Shown: piece by piece, positions 25,959 through 34,784 of the stretch
Layout: each line of letters starts with the position of its first letter
Numbering within the stretch: position 1 is the first letter of the stretch
NCBI GenBank assembly: GCA_964552895.1
Contig: CAZKIJ010000002.1
Coordinates: 1 to 38,690 of the forward strand
Source of the DNA: an uncultured Candidatus Saccharibacteria bacterium
Lineage (GTDB): Bacteria; Patescibacteriota; Saccharimonadia; Saccharimonadales; Saccharimonadaceae
DNA: 38,690 nt
Direction: 5' to 3'
Notes under the pieces: generated by a model
What the model was told of the DNA's origin: nothing
Database searches by the model: none
Seen by the model: the letters and a program-made list of their open reading frames with translations, nothing else
Translations under genes and position numbers: made by a program

Positions 25959-27600
25959 TAACGGGTAAGGTGAACCCAAACGTCGATCCATGATTGAGGC
26001 GGCTTGTCATGACGATTTTTGTACCAAGTTTGTGGGCTAATTTAGCAGCCACATATAATCCTAAGCCAGTACCGCTCGTTTCACGCGTTCGGTAATCTTC
26101 ACTACGATAAAATTTTTGAAAAATCTTTTGTTGATCGGAACGACTAATGCCAATGCCACTATCTTTAACAGTAATTGTCAATACATCCTTGATAACGTGT
26201 GCACTGATAGTGACGGTTCCTTTTGGCGTGTATTTGATGGCATTGGTAATGAAGTTTTGGAGCAATTCTTCAATATAAAGTCGGCTGACATGAACTTTCC
26301 CTAATGAACCGTGAAGGTCAAGATTTAGGTGCAAGTGTTTGGCACGAGCGTCTTTATCATATTCATCATGCAAGGTATGGAGCAATTCTTTGACATCGAT
26401 ATCTTCGCCCTCGTCAGCAACACCCCGTTCGGCACGCGATAAGGTACTGAGGTCGTTCACCATTTTTGCAAGGTAGATACTTTGATCATGAGCCATGGTA
26501 ACGGCATCATTCAGTATGTCTGGGGTTACTTTAAGTTTATTATTTATCATTAACTGTAAATTAGAGAGCGTTCCTTCCATAATTGTAATCGGGGTCCGGA
26601 GCTCGTGGCTGACAACGCTAATAAACTCATCGCGTTCTTCCTCTAAACTCTTTGCTTTTGTGACGTCACGCATAATCATCATATACCCCTCATGGGTCTC
26701 GGCGCGGCGGGAACGACTATAGCTGCTTCGAATAGGAGAATAAGTAATTTCCAGACGTATCTTTTCCCCGTCACTAAATGTGTAGTACAAATCATCCCGG
26801 GTATTCGACGTATGAGTAGTGAGTAATTCATTGGTAAAATCAATCGACTTTTTCTCGTGCGTTTTCAGCTTTAATACTTCATCAATTGATTTGCCGCTTA
26901 AGTTTTCGTTCGTGTCGAGTAAATTAAGTGTTGCAGCATTGTATAACTGAATGATGCCATGCTTATCTGTGCTAACAATGGCATCAGTTATGTTATTCAC
27001 GATAGTATCGATGCGATCACGTTGAAACGTTTCTTGTGTTCGGCTGTGGCGTAAGGCACGACGAGCTTTTTCGTGTGATTTTGCAATACTGAGCGTCACT
27101 AAACCACTCAATAACACAGCTACTAATGTAGCGAGATCGTATACGACTCCTTGTAAACCTGCTCTTGACCATAAAAAAATGTCAGCAAAAACCATGAAAA
27201 TAAACCAGAGGATACTCAATCCCAAACCAGTTCGCGAAAAGTACACATTTGATGCAATGAGTAACAATATCCATAAGGCGACGAAGGGTGTTGCCACGCC
27301 AGTTACAAAGACGAGAAATCCACCTGCCATCAAATGGTAAGCAATTAAGCGCAAAGCAGAGTCATATTTCGTCCGACTCGCGAAAAAATACTGGACAACT
27401 GCAATGACCAGCCACCAAAATGAAAGCGCAAAAAACGCAAATGGTGAGACGACATGAGCCGGGGGAATAATTTTGGCTTGTGACAGCGTTCCGTAGACAA
27501 CCAAAATGAGTGGGACAATCAAGCCGGTATAACGAATCATGTTCGCGGCGTATGGCGTATAACTCGGTCCACCCTTATACATCTTGGCTTCATTATACAT
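25945..27600 (-). CDS. sensor histidine kinase (multi-TM N-terminus, PAS, HisKA, HATPase_c); no adjacent response regulator
   Basis: About 6 TM helices, a PAS-like segment (IVNNITDAIVSTDKHGIIQLYN), H-box SHELRTPIT, N-box NAIKYTP, G-boxes DSGIGI and GTGLGLYVA. Confidence 0.9.
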   Translation of the reverse strand: MYNEAKMYKGGPSYTPYAANMIRYTGLIVPLILVVYGTLSQAKIIPPAHVVSPFAFFALSFWWLVIAVVQYFFASRTKYDSALRLIAYHLMAGGFLVFVTGVATPFVALWILLLIASNVYFSRTGLGLSILWFIFMVFADIFLWSRAGLQGVVYDLATLVAVLLSGLVTLSIAKSHEKARRALRHSRTQETFQRDRIDTIVNNITDAIVSTDKHGIIQLYNAATLNLLDTNENLSGKSIDEVLKLKTHEKKSIDFTNELLTTHTSNTRDDLYYTFSDGEKIRLEITYSPIRSSYSRSRRAETHEGYMMIMRDVTKAKSLEEERDEFISVVSHELRTPITIMEGTLSNLQLMINNKLKVTPDILNDAVTMAHDQSIYLAKMVNDLSTLSRAERGVADEGEDIDVKELLHTLHDEYDKDARAKHLHLNLDLHGSLGKVHVSRLYIEELLQNFITNAIKYTPKGTVTISAHVIKDVLTITVKDSGIGISRSDQQKIFQKFYRSEDYRTRETSGTGLGLYVAAKLAHKLGTKIVMTSRLNHGSTFGFTLPVIKSE

Positions 27601-27605
27601 GATAT

Positions 27606-28295
27606 TTACATTGATGGTGTCTCGTTTTTTAGGGCCCGACGATGGTGCTTATATATCGGATCACCACGTGCTACTAACGACCAAAATTCGGGACTGTGAT
27701 TCATATGAACAGTGTGGGCAAGTTCATGAATGATGACATAGTCGATTAAGTCGAATGGTAATTTCATCAGAGCAATATTAAGGCTGATTGTCCCTTGATT
27801 ATTACAGCTTCCCCAGCGACTACTGGCATGTGAAAACCGTACTTTTTGATAGTGCATTCCTTGTTGAGTGGCCAAGAAATCTAAGCGTTTTGGTAAATAG
27901 CTCTTTGCCTCTAGCCTGAGGGCCGTGAGTACCGCAGCGTGAATATCTTTTGCTACATCGTCCATCGATGTAGCTGGCGGCAAGGTGACGACAATCTGTT
28001 GTCCGTTTTTCGTTACGGATGCAGACCCATGAACGATGTTGCGGATAACGATCGTGTGGCTTTTACCAATGCGCATCCCATCATAGTAGTCAATGTGTGG
28101 TTGTGCTTTTGAAAGTAATTCACGAATATCACTCCGTGATGTACGCAACAATCTTTTTACCAAAAAAAGCGGTGCGTAAAGTGGCAACGATGCACGAAGA
28201 CTCCCGTCAGGGGCAACCCGGACACTGATCGTACTTGATTTCGCACTGCGTCGGACGGTGACTTTGCCAAATTCTTCATCTTGTATGATTGGCAT
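27606..28295 (-). CDS. YgjP/DUF45-type (M48/WLM-like) zinc metallopeptidase
   Basis: SRWGSC... then HELAHTVHMNHS (HExxH) ...FW near the C-terminus, as in the YgjP family. Confidence 0.75.
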   Translation of the reverse strand: MPIIQDEEFGKVTVRRSAKSSTISVRVAPDGSLRASLPLYAPLFLVKRLLRTSRSDIRELLSKAQPHIDYYDGMRIGKSHTIVIRNIVHGSASVTKNGQQIVVTLPPATSMDDVAKDIHAAVLTALRLEAKSYLPKRLDFLATQQGMHYQKVRFSHASSRWGSCNNQGTISLNIALMKLPFDLIDYVIIHELAHTVHMNHSPEFWSLVARGDPIYKHHRRALKNETPSM

Positions 28296-28303
28296 ATTTG
28301 CTC

Positions 28304-29092
28304 CTAATCAAAGCTAATCGTGGTACGATGATTGGCTTTATCTTTTACGATGGTAGCTTCGCTGGCTTTTTTCTTTTTAACACTGACTTTTGGCTGGCCG
28401 GTTGTACGACGACGACGAGGTTTTCGTTCATCTTCAAATTCGATCATCGGTGCTACCGGTGAAAAATCAATACTTCGCGATGCCGTGCTTTGCGCAATTG
28501 GCATACGCACAGGCGGTGCTCGGCGGACGGTAATGGTTGGTTCTGGGATTGGTTTTGGCGCGTAGGGATCGTCCATTAAACGTTTTATCACACCACGAAT
28601 TTGACTGGCAAAGGTATGACGGCCACTAATAACGACGGCCTTTTCATTCGTCGCCGGTACTGTAAAACGTTCGACAATTTCATCAAACCGACTCGCCTCC
28701 ATGCCTTCAACTTCTTTTGTACTACGGGCTGAACGTCGGCTGGCCTCGGCAGAGTCTGTTTGTACCCAGATAAAAAACGGTTTATAACCGGCGCTACGGG
28801 CAACTTTAATCATTGTTTTTCGAAATTCACGACTGCCGGTGATATCTTCATATATGATCGTTTGGCCGGTTTTAAGAAATTCTTTCAGCAGTTTGTCGCC
28901 TATCGCTATCGCACGTGCTTCAGAATTGTTACTTTCATACCGTACACCGAGCATATGCTGCTCAATATAGCTTGGGTTGACGAATGGTACGCCAAACTCC
29001 TTTGCGAATTGCTCTGCAAAGGTTGTTTTGCCTGATCCTGGAATCCCTACCACCACGATCAAGTGTGGCCGCGCCAAACTCAACGGTTTCAT
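28304..29092 (-). CDS. P-loop kinase-like ATPase (AAA_33/zeta-toxin-like fold) with a long basic C-terminal tail
   Basis: LIVVVGIPGSGKTTFAEQF Walker A near the N-terminus when started at ATG 29092. The upstream 46 codons of the ORF-track form run through a terminator and a TGCTATACT -10 box. Confidence 0.6.
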   Translation of the reverse strand: MKPLSLARPHLIVVVGIPGSGKTTFAEQFAKEFGVPFVNPSYIEQHMLGVRYESNNSEARAIAIGDKLLKEFLKTGQTIIYEDITGSREFRKTMIKVARSAGYKPFFIWVQTDSAEASRRSARSTKEVEGMEASRFDEIVERFTVPATNEKAVVISGRHTFASQIRGVIKRLMDDPYAPKPIPEPTITVRRAPPVRMPIAQSTASRSIDFSPVAPMIEFEDERKPRRRRTTGQPKVSVKKKKASEATIVKDKANHRTTISFD

Positions 29093-29157
29093 ACTACAGT
29101 CAGTATAGCAAATCAATCCGATAATCGCATCTGTTAATATTGAGGCCGTTTTGCCAT

Positions 29158-29182
29158 GAAAAAAGCACCCTTTCGGGTGCTT
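29158..29182 (-). terminator. intrinsic terminator after the M23 peptidase gene
   Basis: Minus strand AGCACCC-gaaa-GGGTGCT then TTTTT. It is preceded by a second GC-rich hairpin, CGGCGGGCC...GGCCCGCCG (29193-29226). Confidence 0.75.
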
Positions 29183-29289
29183 GCCGCGTCGCCGGCGGGC
29201 CATCCATACTTCAGGACGGCCCGCCGACAACAGCGGTATTCCTCTTTAACGACGAGGAGCGGTTCATTTTAAAGAGACGAACGTACTCT

Positions 29290-29934
29290 TTACAGCTTGA
29301 TGCCGAAGTGTGCCATGAAGGCGGTGGGATCGAGCCACCGTTTTCCATACTTTTCTACCCAAGGGATAGAGAGAAGCCACGGATCACTGTCGGTACCAGG
29401 TGTTACTTCGAAATGGACATGAGGCCCAGTAGACTGTCCACATGAACCAATTGATCCAATCTGCTGACCAGCTTCCACTATGTCACCAACACGAACAAGG
29501 ATTTTGTCCCCGTTCATGTGCATGTATCCGATTTCAAAACCTGCTGCCGTTTTGATCATGACAAGGTTATTGCCGGCGGCTCCTTTTTTGCAACCCTTTC
29601 CGATTCCAGATGACACCACTGTGCCGCTAAATGCAGCGAACACTGGTTTGCCCAAGGTCCGGGATGCCGAACCAAGGTTTAAATCCTCACCATTGTGTGG
29701 TTTGACACTGGGATAATTCGGGTCATTAAAGGCACCACCATATGAAATACGGGATCCAGCGTCGAGTGGTAAAGAGGCACCACTCGGATTGACGTAAGAC
29801 GTTGTTGTCGCTGCGGGAGGCGAATCGTTCATTAAAAGCCTTGCAAAAGGCAGGCCCAGAATAACAAATAGTCCTCCAAAAGCTAGCACGAATATGCCAG
29901 CCGCAACTCCTCCAACTTTCATCCATCGTGACAT
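29290..29934 (-). CDS. membrane-anchored M23 (LytM-type) peptidoglycan endopeptidase
   Basis: N-terminal TM anchor. HNGEDL (HxxxD) and GPHVHFEV (HxH) zinc-ligand motifs. 9 nt downstream of the ATPase gene. Confidence 0.85.
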   Translation of the reverse strand: MSRWMKVGGVAAGIFVLAFGGLFVILGLPFARLLMNDSPPAATTTSYVNPSGASLPLDAGSRISYGGAFNDPNYPSVKPHNGEDLNLGSASRTLGKPVFAAFSGTVVSSGIGKGCKKGAAGNNLVMIKTAAGFEIGYMHMNGDKILVRVGDIVEAGQQIGSIGSCGQSTGPHVHFEVTPGTDSDPWLLSIPWVEKYGKRWLDPTAFMAHFGIKL

Positions 29935-29943
29935 GTTAACCCC

Positions 29944-31449
29944 CTAACCGAACTCGGATTGTCCGGTGCCCACGACAAGTGGTGTTTGCTGGCGACTCAG
30001 GCTCGCAAGCTGTGCAACTTTACGATTGGTATTGACCTGGTTCATCATCTCGTACGCTTGACGAGTACCGATGAGTCCTCTTTCGGCTGGCAAGAGGTGA
30101 TGATAGAATATCATCGGTAACTTGTCATTGAGGTGAAGGACAGCTTGGCCAACTTCCAAACGAGGTAGCAGATCAACGTATGATTGAGGAAGCCCAGTCA
30201 TAGCGATTTGGTGAAGTACCTCGTCATTATCGGGCTGACGATAGAAGATTCGTCCGGTCACGCCGAATTCTACTTCCATCGCAGCTTTGCGAAGTGGTGA
30301 ATCGGGTTCACCGACCATTGTGCTCTGAATGTCGTATTGAAATGCCTCGAACATTACTTGCATATACGCCCGAAGCTTATTTACCTTTGTTGCCTTCGCT
30401 TGCATATGAATGAGCTTGTTGGATGGGTCACCTTCTTCGTCACGCGAAATAGCGTGCGGCACGATCTTTGTAAGATCGACACCGCCGGTATTCATGCGGG
30501 CATATGTAATAGCACTTGCCTCGGCACGCATCAAAGCTGCTTCGATGACCTCACTTGCACCAGGATAATTATTATCCAGAATTTCCCAGTCAAGCCCAAC
30601 AACAGGTTGGCGTAGAACATCGTAGAGATCATTATCACCTCTAAAAATTCCACCATAGCCTTCTAAGAAAGCAAACAGTGCATCGGCCGCCTCTCTGGCG
30701 GCACTTAAGTGGTGATGTGCGAAGTAGTGCTGGTCTCGTATAGTTTCGGCACTAATCAGTATCTCTTGTGGAGTTACAATTAGATCAGTGCCTGGAACCG
30801 CGCTCCCTATCATTTGCTGGCCCATGATGGCATCGACCCCCTTCATATAGAAAGAGGCGAAATCATCAATATTTAGGCTCCGCACAATGTATTCGAGAGA
30901 TGCCGGATGAACGTATTGCCTGAGCGTAAACATCTTTTCGACGCCTACAAAAATTGCGATACGAGCTGCCGGACTTAGTCGCTGGTTGACCTCATAGTTA
31001 GCAATGTCGACTGCCAAAACGCGAATGTCATTCGGATGTTTAAACAAGCCAAAAACATTGATTCCGCGCGGGTCTGCCATGTTAATTGAAGTCGCGCCCT
31101 GTGCCTTGAGCATCTTTTCATATTCAGAAAATCCTTCAGCTGACTTGCGGCTGCTGACCTGAACACGTAGCTCTTCAGGGTTACCAAACACGTCGTAGCC
31201 TTGCATACATCCCATTCTCATGGATAGGGATTTCAGCGCGGTGCTTTTTCCGAAGCCGCGCATGCCAGACACTCGGAAGAATCCACCTTTGTTGTCGGCA
31301 TACGGCCACAAAAAAGCATTACGGCCAGTTGTGTTCTCAAATCCAAGAAATATACCGGATTTATGGGGGTTTTGCGGCACGATAGCAGGTTGCCAAAGTG
31401 CCATTGAATCCGCGATGCCGCGGTACATACGAGAGCCCAACAGGCTCAC
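29944..31449 (-). CDS. VirB4-like secretion ATPase, motor (C-terminal) domain only
   Basis: SGIFLGFENTTGRNAFLWPY...FFRVSGMRGFGKSTALK has the layout of the VirB4/TraC motor-domain entry plus Walker A. AGGAGG-N8-TTG suggests the true start is 31440. Confidence 0.55.
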   Translation of the reverse strand: MSLLGSRMYRGIADSMALWQPAIVPQNPHKSGIFLGFENTTGRNAFLWPYADNKGGFFRVSGMRGFGKSTALKSLSMRMGCMQGYDVFGNPEELRVQVSSRKSAEGFSEYEKMLKAQGATSINMADPRGINVFGLFKHPNDIRVLAVDIANYEVNQRLSPAARIAIFVGVEKMFTLRQYVHPASLEYIVRSLNIDDFASFYMKGVDAIMGQQMIGSAVPGTDLIVTPQEILISAETIRDQHYFAHHHLSAAREAADALFAFLEGYGGIFRGDNDLYDVLRQPVVGLDWEILDNNYPGASEVIEAALMRAEASAITYARMNTGGVDLTKIVPHAISRDEEGDPSNKLIHMQAKATKVNKLRAYMQVMFEAFQYDIQSTMVGEPDSPLRKAAMEVEFGVTGRIFYRQPDNDEVLHQIAMTGLPQSYVDLLPRLEVGQAVLHLNDKLPMIFYHHLLPAERGLIGTRQAYEMMNQVNTNRKVAQLASLSRQQTPLVVGTGQSEFG

Positions 31450-31490
31450 CTCCTAATTGTTGGTTTGTTAAAGTACATAGAGATGCTTTA

Positions 31491-31589
31491 CACCTCTGAA
31501 ATGCTATTAATAACATTCATTCATAACATTTCAGAAGTGTTGGGTGGGGCGATTGCTCGCCCCACCCGAGTCAGTCCTTCTGTCTGACT
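31491..31589 (-). other. three consecutive stem-loops in the spacer between the two VirB4-like genes
   Basis: AGTCAG/CTGACT (31569-31589), GGGTGGGGCG/CGCCCCACCC (31542-31567), CACTTCTGAAATG/CATTTCAGAGGTG (31491-31539). None has a clean T-run. Confidence 0.7.
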
Positions 31590-31590
31590 A

Positions 31591-33189
31591 TTACCTTGTT
31601 GGAATATGCATGATGGTCCCTAGTACAGTTTCCATCTGTCGGAAACGGCCTTTTACCCTTACGGGTTCCAAACCGTGCAGATCCAGATGGTTGTCGGCCT
31701 GTTTCACCTCATAGGCGAAAATTTCTTCAGGCGTCATACCACTGAATTCTGGACTATTTAAGTAGCGGTTGTATAGCCGCTGAAAGTCGTTAGTATCGGT
31801 TACACCATAGACAGCCACTGTTGGTTTGAAGTCAACAGTGTATTTACGGTCGATACGTTCGGCTTCTTGCTCACGACTTTCTTCTACCTTTGCCTCCTTT
31901 CTGCTGCTACGTTCTCGACCAATGAATTTCATTCCTTGGTCGCCAAACGTGTTTGCCACATCGACGAATACTCGTCGTGCACGTCCGCTACGACTTTTCC
32001 CTGCGATGTCCGTTGAAAAAAACATAACAGGGAGGTCGAAGACTCCAGAGAAGTCACGAACGTAATTGACGGGTGGTTGATCGAGTGGAAACTCGTCCAG
32101 TTCAAACACCGTTGCTAATGTACCGTCTATTTGCAAGCGGTCATTTTTAGCAATGATGTGTTGAGATGGTGCAAAACGGTCGGACGGAAACATTACATTT
32201 TCGTCCTTGTCCTCTGCCTCTACCATAGCAAGATGGTTCTCGCCATAGTAAAAGTGGATTTTTGCCACATCGCGCGCTTGACGTAGGTATGCCTCGAGGG
32301 CTTCTTGGCCAAGCACTTGAACGTCTTCATAGATGCCGCCCAGTAATTTTGTAAGCGTGTCACGAACTGATACCAACGACTGCTTACGCAGATCGCTTGA
32401 CCAAAACACTTTTCGCTTCAAAATTTTCCGGAACACACGGTTGTTCTTGAACGTCACCGTGTAAACCATGCGCGGATTGGTGCCTTGTACGCCAGCCTCT
32501 TCCATCTCGTTCAGCAGCTGGCGACGAAACGACCAGCGCTTTTCTTCAGGTGAGTACTCGCCCTCAGGCTTGTCCGTTATGCGCAAGGATTTACTTAGGG
32601 CGTTCAGATTGACCCGTTCAATGTTCGCATAGCTTACATCAAATGGGTTTCCCGGCAGGATGTCATATCCGTAATTTATACGAATACCATCGATACCGGT
32701 TTGAACGGCCGCTTTCTCAATGACGTCCTTAATACTTGCATGGACGCCCATTTGGCCGCCTAACTTGAGGGTGGAGATGTTGCTTCCACCAACAAGAAAG
32801 ACGACCGAATAGGTACGTCGCACCGTGTAGTAGACTAGAGCGATATCGTGAAAAACATGAACCTTGTAAGGGTACATGTCATCACTCATCCCTTCTTTCC
32901 AGATGACATCATGGCGACGCCAGATGAGGAAATTACGAATGGGTGCCACGAGGGTGATGTAATACCAACTATCATCACCACCTGGAGCAGGCATCAACGT
33001 CGCGAAGACGAAAATGAATGCTCCAATATACACTAGGTTCTGGAAACCAACGAAGAACGAGCCGATATAGGCCGCGACGATGGCAATGATCCAGATCCAC
33101 ATGATGTCCGCTGTAGTCAAAGGAAAGATACTTCTCTTCGGCGTCCTTGGATGGGACACGAAGTAATACGTATCCTTTTCATCACTCAT
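31591..33189 (-). CDS. membrane-anchored VirB3/VirB4 N-terminal-domain-like protein
   Basis: TM hairpin at residues ~28-68, then a ~460-aa soluble domain without a Walker A. Sits immediately upstream of the ATPase gene. The start overlaps the previous gene by 8 nt (ATGAGTGA) with a GAGGAGGGA RBS. Confidence 0.45.
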   Translation of the reverse strand: MSDEKDTYYFVSHPRTPKRSIFPLTTADIMWIWIIAIVAAYIGSFFVGFQNLVYIGAFIFVFATLMPAPGGDDSWYYITLVAPIRNFLIWRRHDVIWKEGMSDDMYPYKVHVFHDIALVYYTVRRTYSVVFLVGGSNISTLKLGGQMGVHASIKDVIEKAAVQTGIDGIRINYGYDILPGNPFDVSYANIERVNLNALSKSLRITDKPEGEYSPEEKRWSFRRQLLNEMEEAGVQGTNPRMVYTVTFKNNRVFRKILKRKVFWSSDLRKQSLVSVRDTLTKLLGGIYEDVQVLGQEALEAYLRQARDVAKIHFYYGENHLAMVEAEDKDENVMFPSDRFAPSQHIIAKNDRLQIDGTLATVFELDEFPLDQPPVNYVRDFSGVFDLPVMFFSTDIAGKSRSGRARRVFVDVANTFGDQGMKFIGRERSSRKEAKVEESREQEAERIDRKYTVDFKPTVAVYGVTDTNDFQRLYNRYLNSPEFSGMTPEEIFAYEVKQADNHLDLHGLEPVRVKGRFRQMETVLGTIMHIPTR

Positions 33190-34321
33190 GTTCCCTCCTC
33201 ATTCTAGCTCGAGGAAGTGGGCGATTGCCCAACGAGTCGATGATTCCAGCCAGAATCGGTGCACCAATTTTTGCTACTGGGTGTGGCGCTGCCATCCCCA
33301 CAGCTGTAATTGATTTTGTTGCTAAACCCTTCACTTTTTCAGAGAGGCTTGCGGCCTTTTGTCTTTTAAAAGTTTCAAGTTTGTCGACACCGAAATTTAC
33401 AGCGTGAACGCGCAACTGGTCGAAACGGTTGGTTAAAGCTGAACGAGGACGTCCCGCCAAATTAACATCTAGCCTCGCCTTGTTTTGGAGGATCGAACGC
33501 ATCCTGTTATTGACACGTGCAATCACGTTTCCAATAACCGAGTACGCACTCCTGTAAGCAACACCGCCAATAACAAACTGGAGAAAGATGCTAACAAGAG
33601 CTATGAACCACATGATGACGGATGCCAACACAGCGGTTCCGTCCCCACTTGGCAGGACACCGACAATGAGTTTTGCGATTCTGATGAGCGCAATCATCAC
33701 TGGCACTCCGAAGAGTGCACTAACTGCGTAAACTGAAATGATAAACGCGAAAAATTTTCGCGTTCTTTCACCCATTCCAGACGCAGCAAGTACCAGAATA
33801 CCAATGATAGTCAGTGCGACGTTGAGTGGTTCGTAACCAAACATCATCGACAACATTATGACCTGTACCCAAATTGTCAGTATGAAGACAAACCCAAGTG
33901 CAACTGGATCAGCCACATTAATACTTGGGATCTGGATAGTGAGTGCGTTCGAGGGACTGGATGGATTGTCGTAGCTTATGCCGAGGGCGACTTTTTTGAG
34001 AATGTCGCCCACCTGCTGTACTTGATCCATTCCAAAGAACCATAGAAGCCCAAACGTCGGCATGCCAACCAAAATAACAGCCGCCGAAATGCCATTTTTA
34101 CGTAATCGTGGGACCATGATGGCGAACACGAAGACGAACGCAAAAACATAGAGCGGAAGATTGAGCGACAAGCCGAAGCTATTGCCGTACAAATACTTCA
34201 CTAGATCCAGTCCGTTGAACGAAATGGAAATACTCAGAATTTTTGCGATGGCATCCCATAGTGCTGCAATTGCGTTTTTTAATGCCTCAAGGAGGCCAGG
34301 GAACAGAAACGGCATTGCCAC
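33182..34321 (-). CDS. polytopic inner-membrane protein, VirB6/TrbL-like by topology and position
   Basis: At least 6 long hydrophobic helices followed by a basic cytoplasmic tail. Translationally coupled to the VirB4-like gene. There is no motif-level evidence. Confidence 0.4.
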   Translation of the reverse strand: MAMPFLFPGLLEALKNAIAALWDAIAKILSISISFNGLDLVKYLYGNSFGLSLNLPLYVFAFVFVFAIMVPRLRKNGISAAVILVGMPTFGLLWFFGMDQVQQVGDILKKVALGISYDNPSSPSNALTIQIPSINVADPVALGFVFILTIWVQVIMLSMMFGYEPLNVALTIIGILVLAASGMGERTRKFFAFIISVYAVSALFGVPVMIALIRIAKLIVGVLPSGDGTAVLASVIMWFIALVSIFLQFVIGGVAYRSAYSVIGNVIARVNNRMRSILQNKARLDVNLAGRPRSALTNRFDQLRVHAVNFGVDKLETFKRQKAASLSEKVKGLATKSITAVGMAAPHPVAKIGAPILAGIIDSLGNRPLPRARMRREHE

Positions 34322-34383
34322 TCCTTCCTATAAAAAGACATTGATTCAAGATATACTCGAACCGTTTTCTTTTATTGGTCGAC

Positions 34384-34761
34384 TTAGCCGTTGCAGGGTG
34401 AAGTACCGAATGCTGAAACACCTGAGAACAGTGAAACACCAGCGATGGCGACGGCTATCACGGCAACAAACCTAAGTGCGACAGCTTTTTTTGACCTAAG
34501 CGAAAGGCCAAATGTCACTATTGCAATTATGGCGAATACCGCCACAACGGTTGGCCAGTTGCTGAAGATCACCCCCATTGCATTACCAATAATGCTGTTG
34601 AGGTTGCCGACCGCACCTGACTTGACGAAGCTGTTTTGCCAGTCGCATTTGATCGTGATGTCACCAGTTGGCACGTACGCTGCACCGTGGACGTTGATGG
34701 ACTGCATGAGCTCGATAGACTTGCGTAGAACAAGTCCGCTCAAAATGGAAATTGCGGACAC
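34384..34761 (-). CDS. small membrane protein with a TM-RSKK-TM hairpin (VirB2 pilin / VirB3-like candidate)
   Basis: GTG start with AAGGGGG-N5 RBS. Two C-terminal TM helices. Cys at IKCDW and at the C-terminal SPCNG. The overlapping + and - ORFs look like shadows. Confidence 0.45.
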   Translation of the reverse strand: MSAISILSGLVLRKSIELMQSINVHGAAYVPTGDITIKCDWQNSFVKSGAVGNLNSIIGNAMGVIFSNWPTVVAVFAIIAIVTFGLSLRSKKAVALRFVAVIAVAIAGVSLFSGVSAFGTSPCNG

Positions 34762-34784
34762 GATGGCCCCCTTCTGTTGGACGG

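Noticed and set aside
29093-29230. 46-codon N-terminal extension of the P-loop protein in the ORF track
   Set aside because: It spans the M23-gene terminator and a TGCTATACT promoter. The Walker A sits at the expected N-terminal position only with the ATG at 29092.
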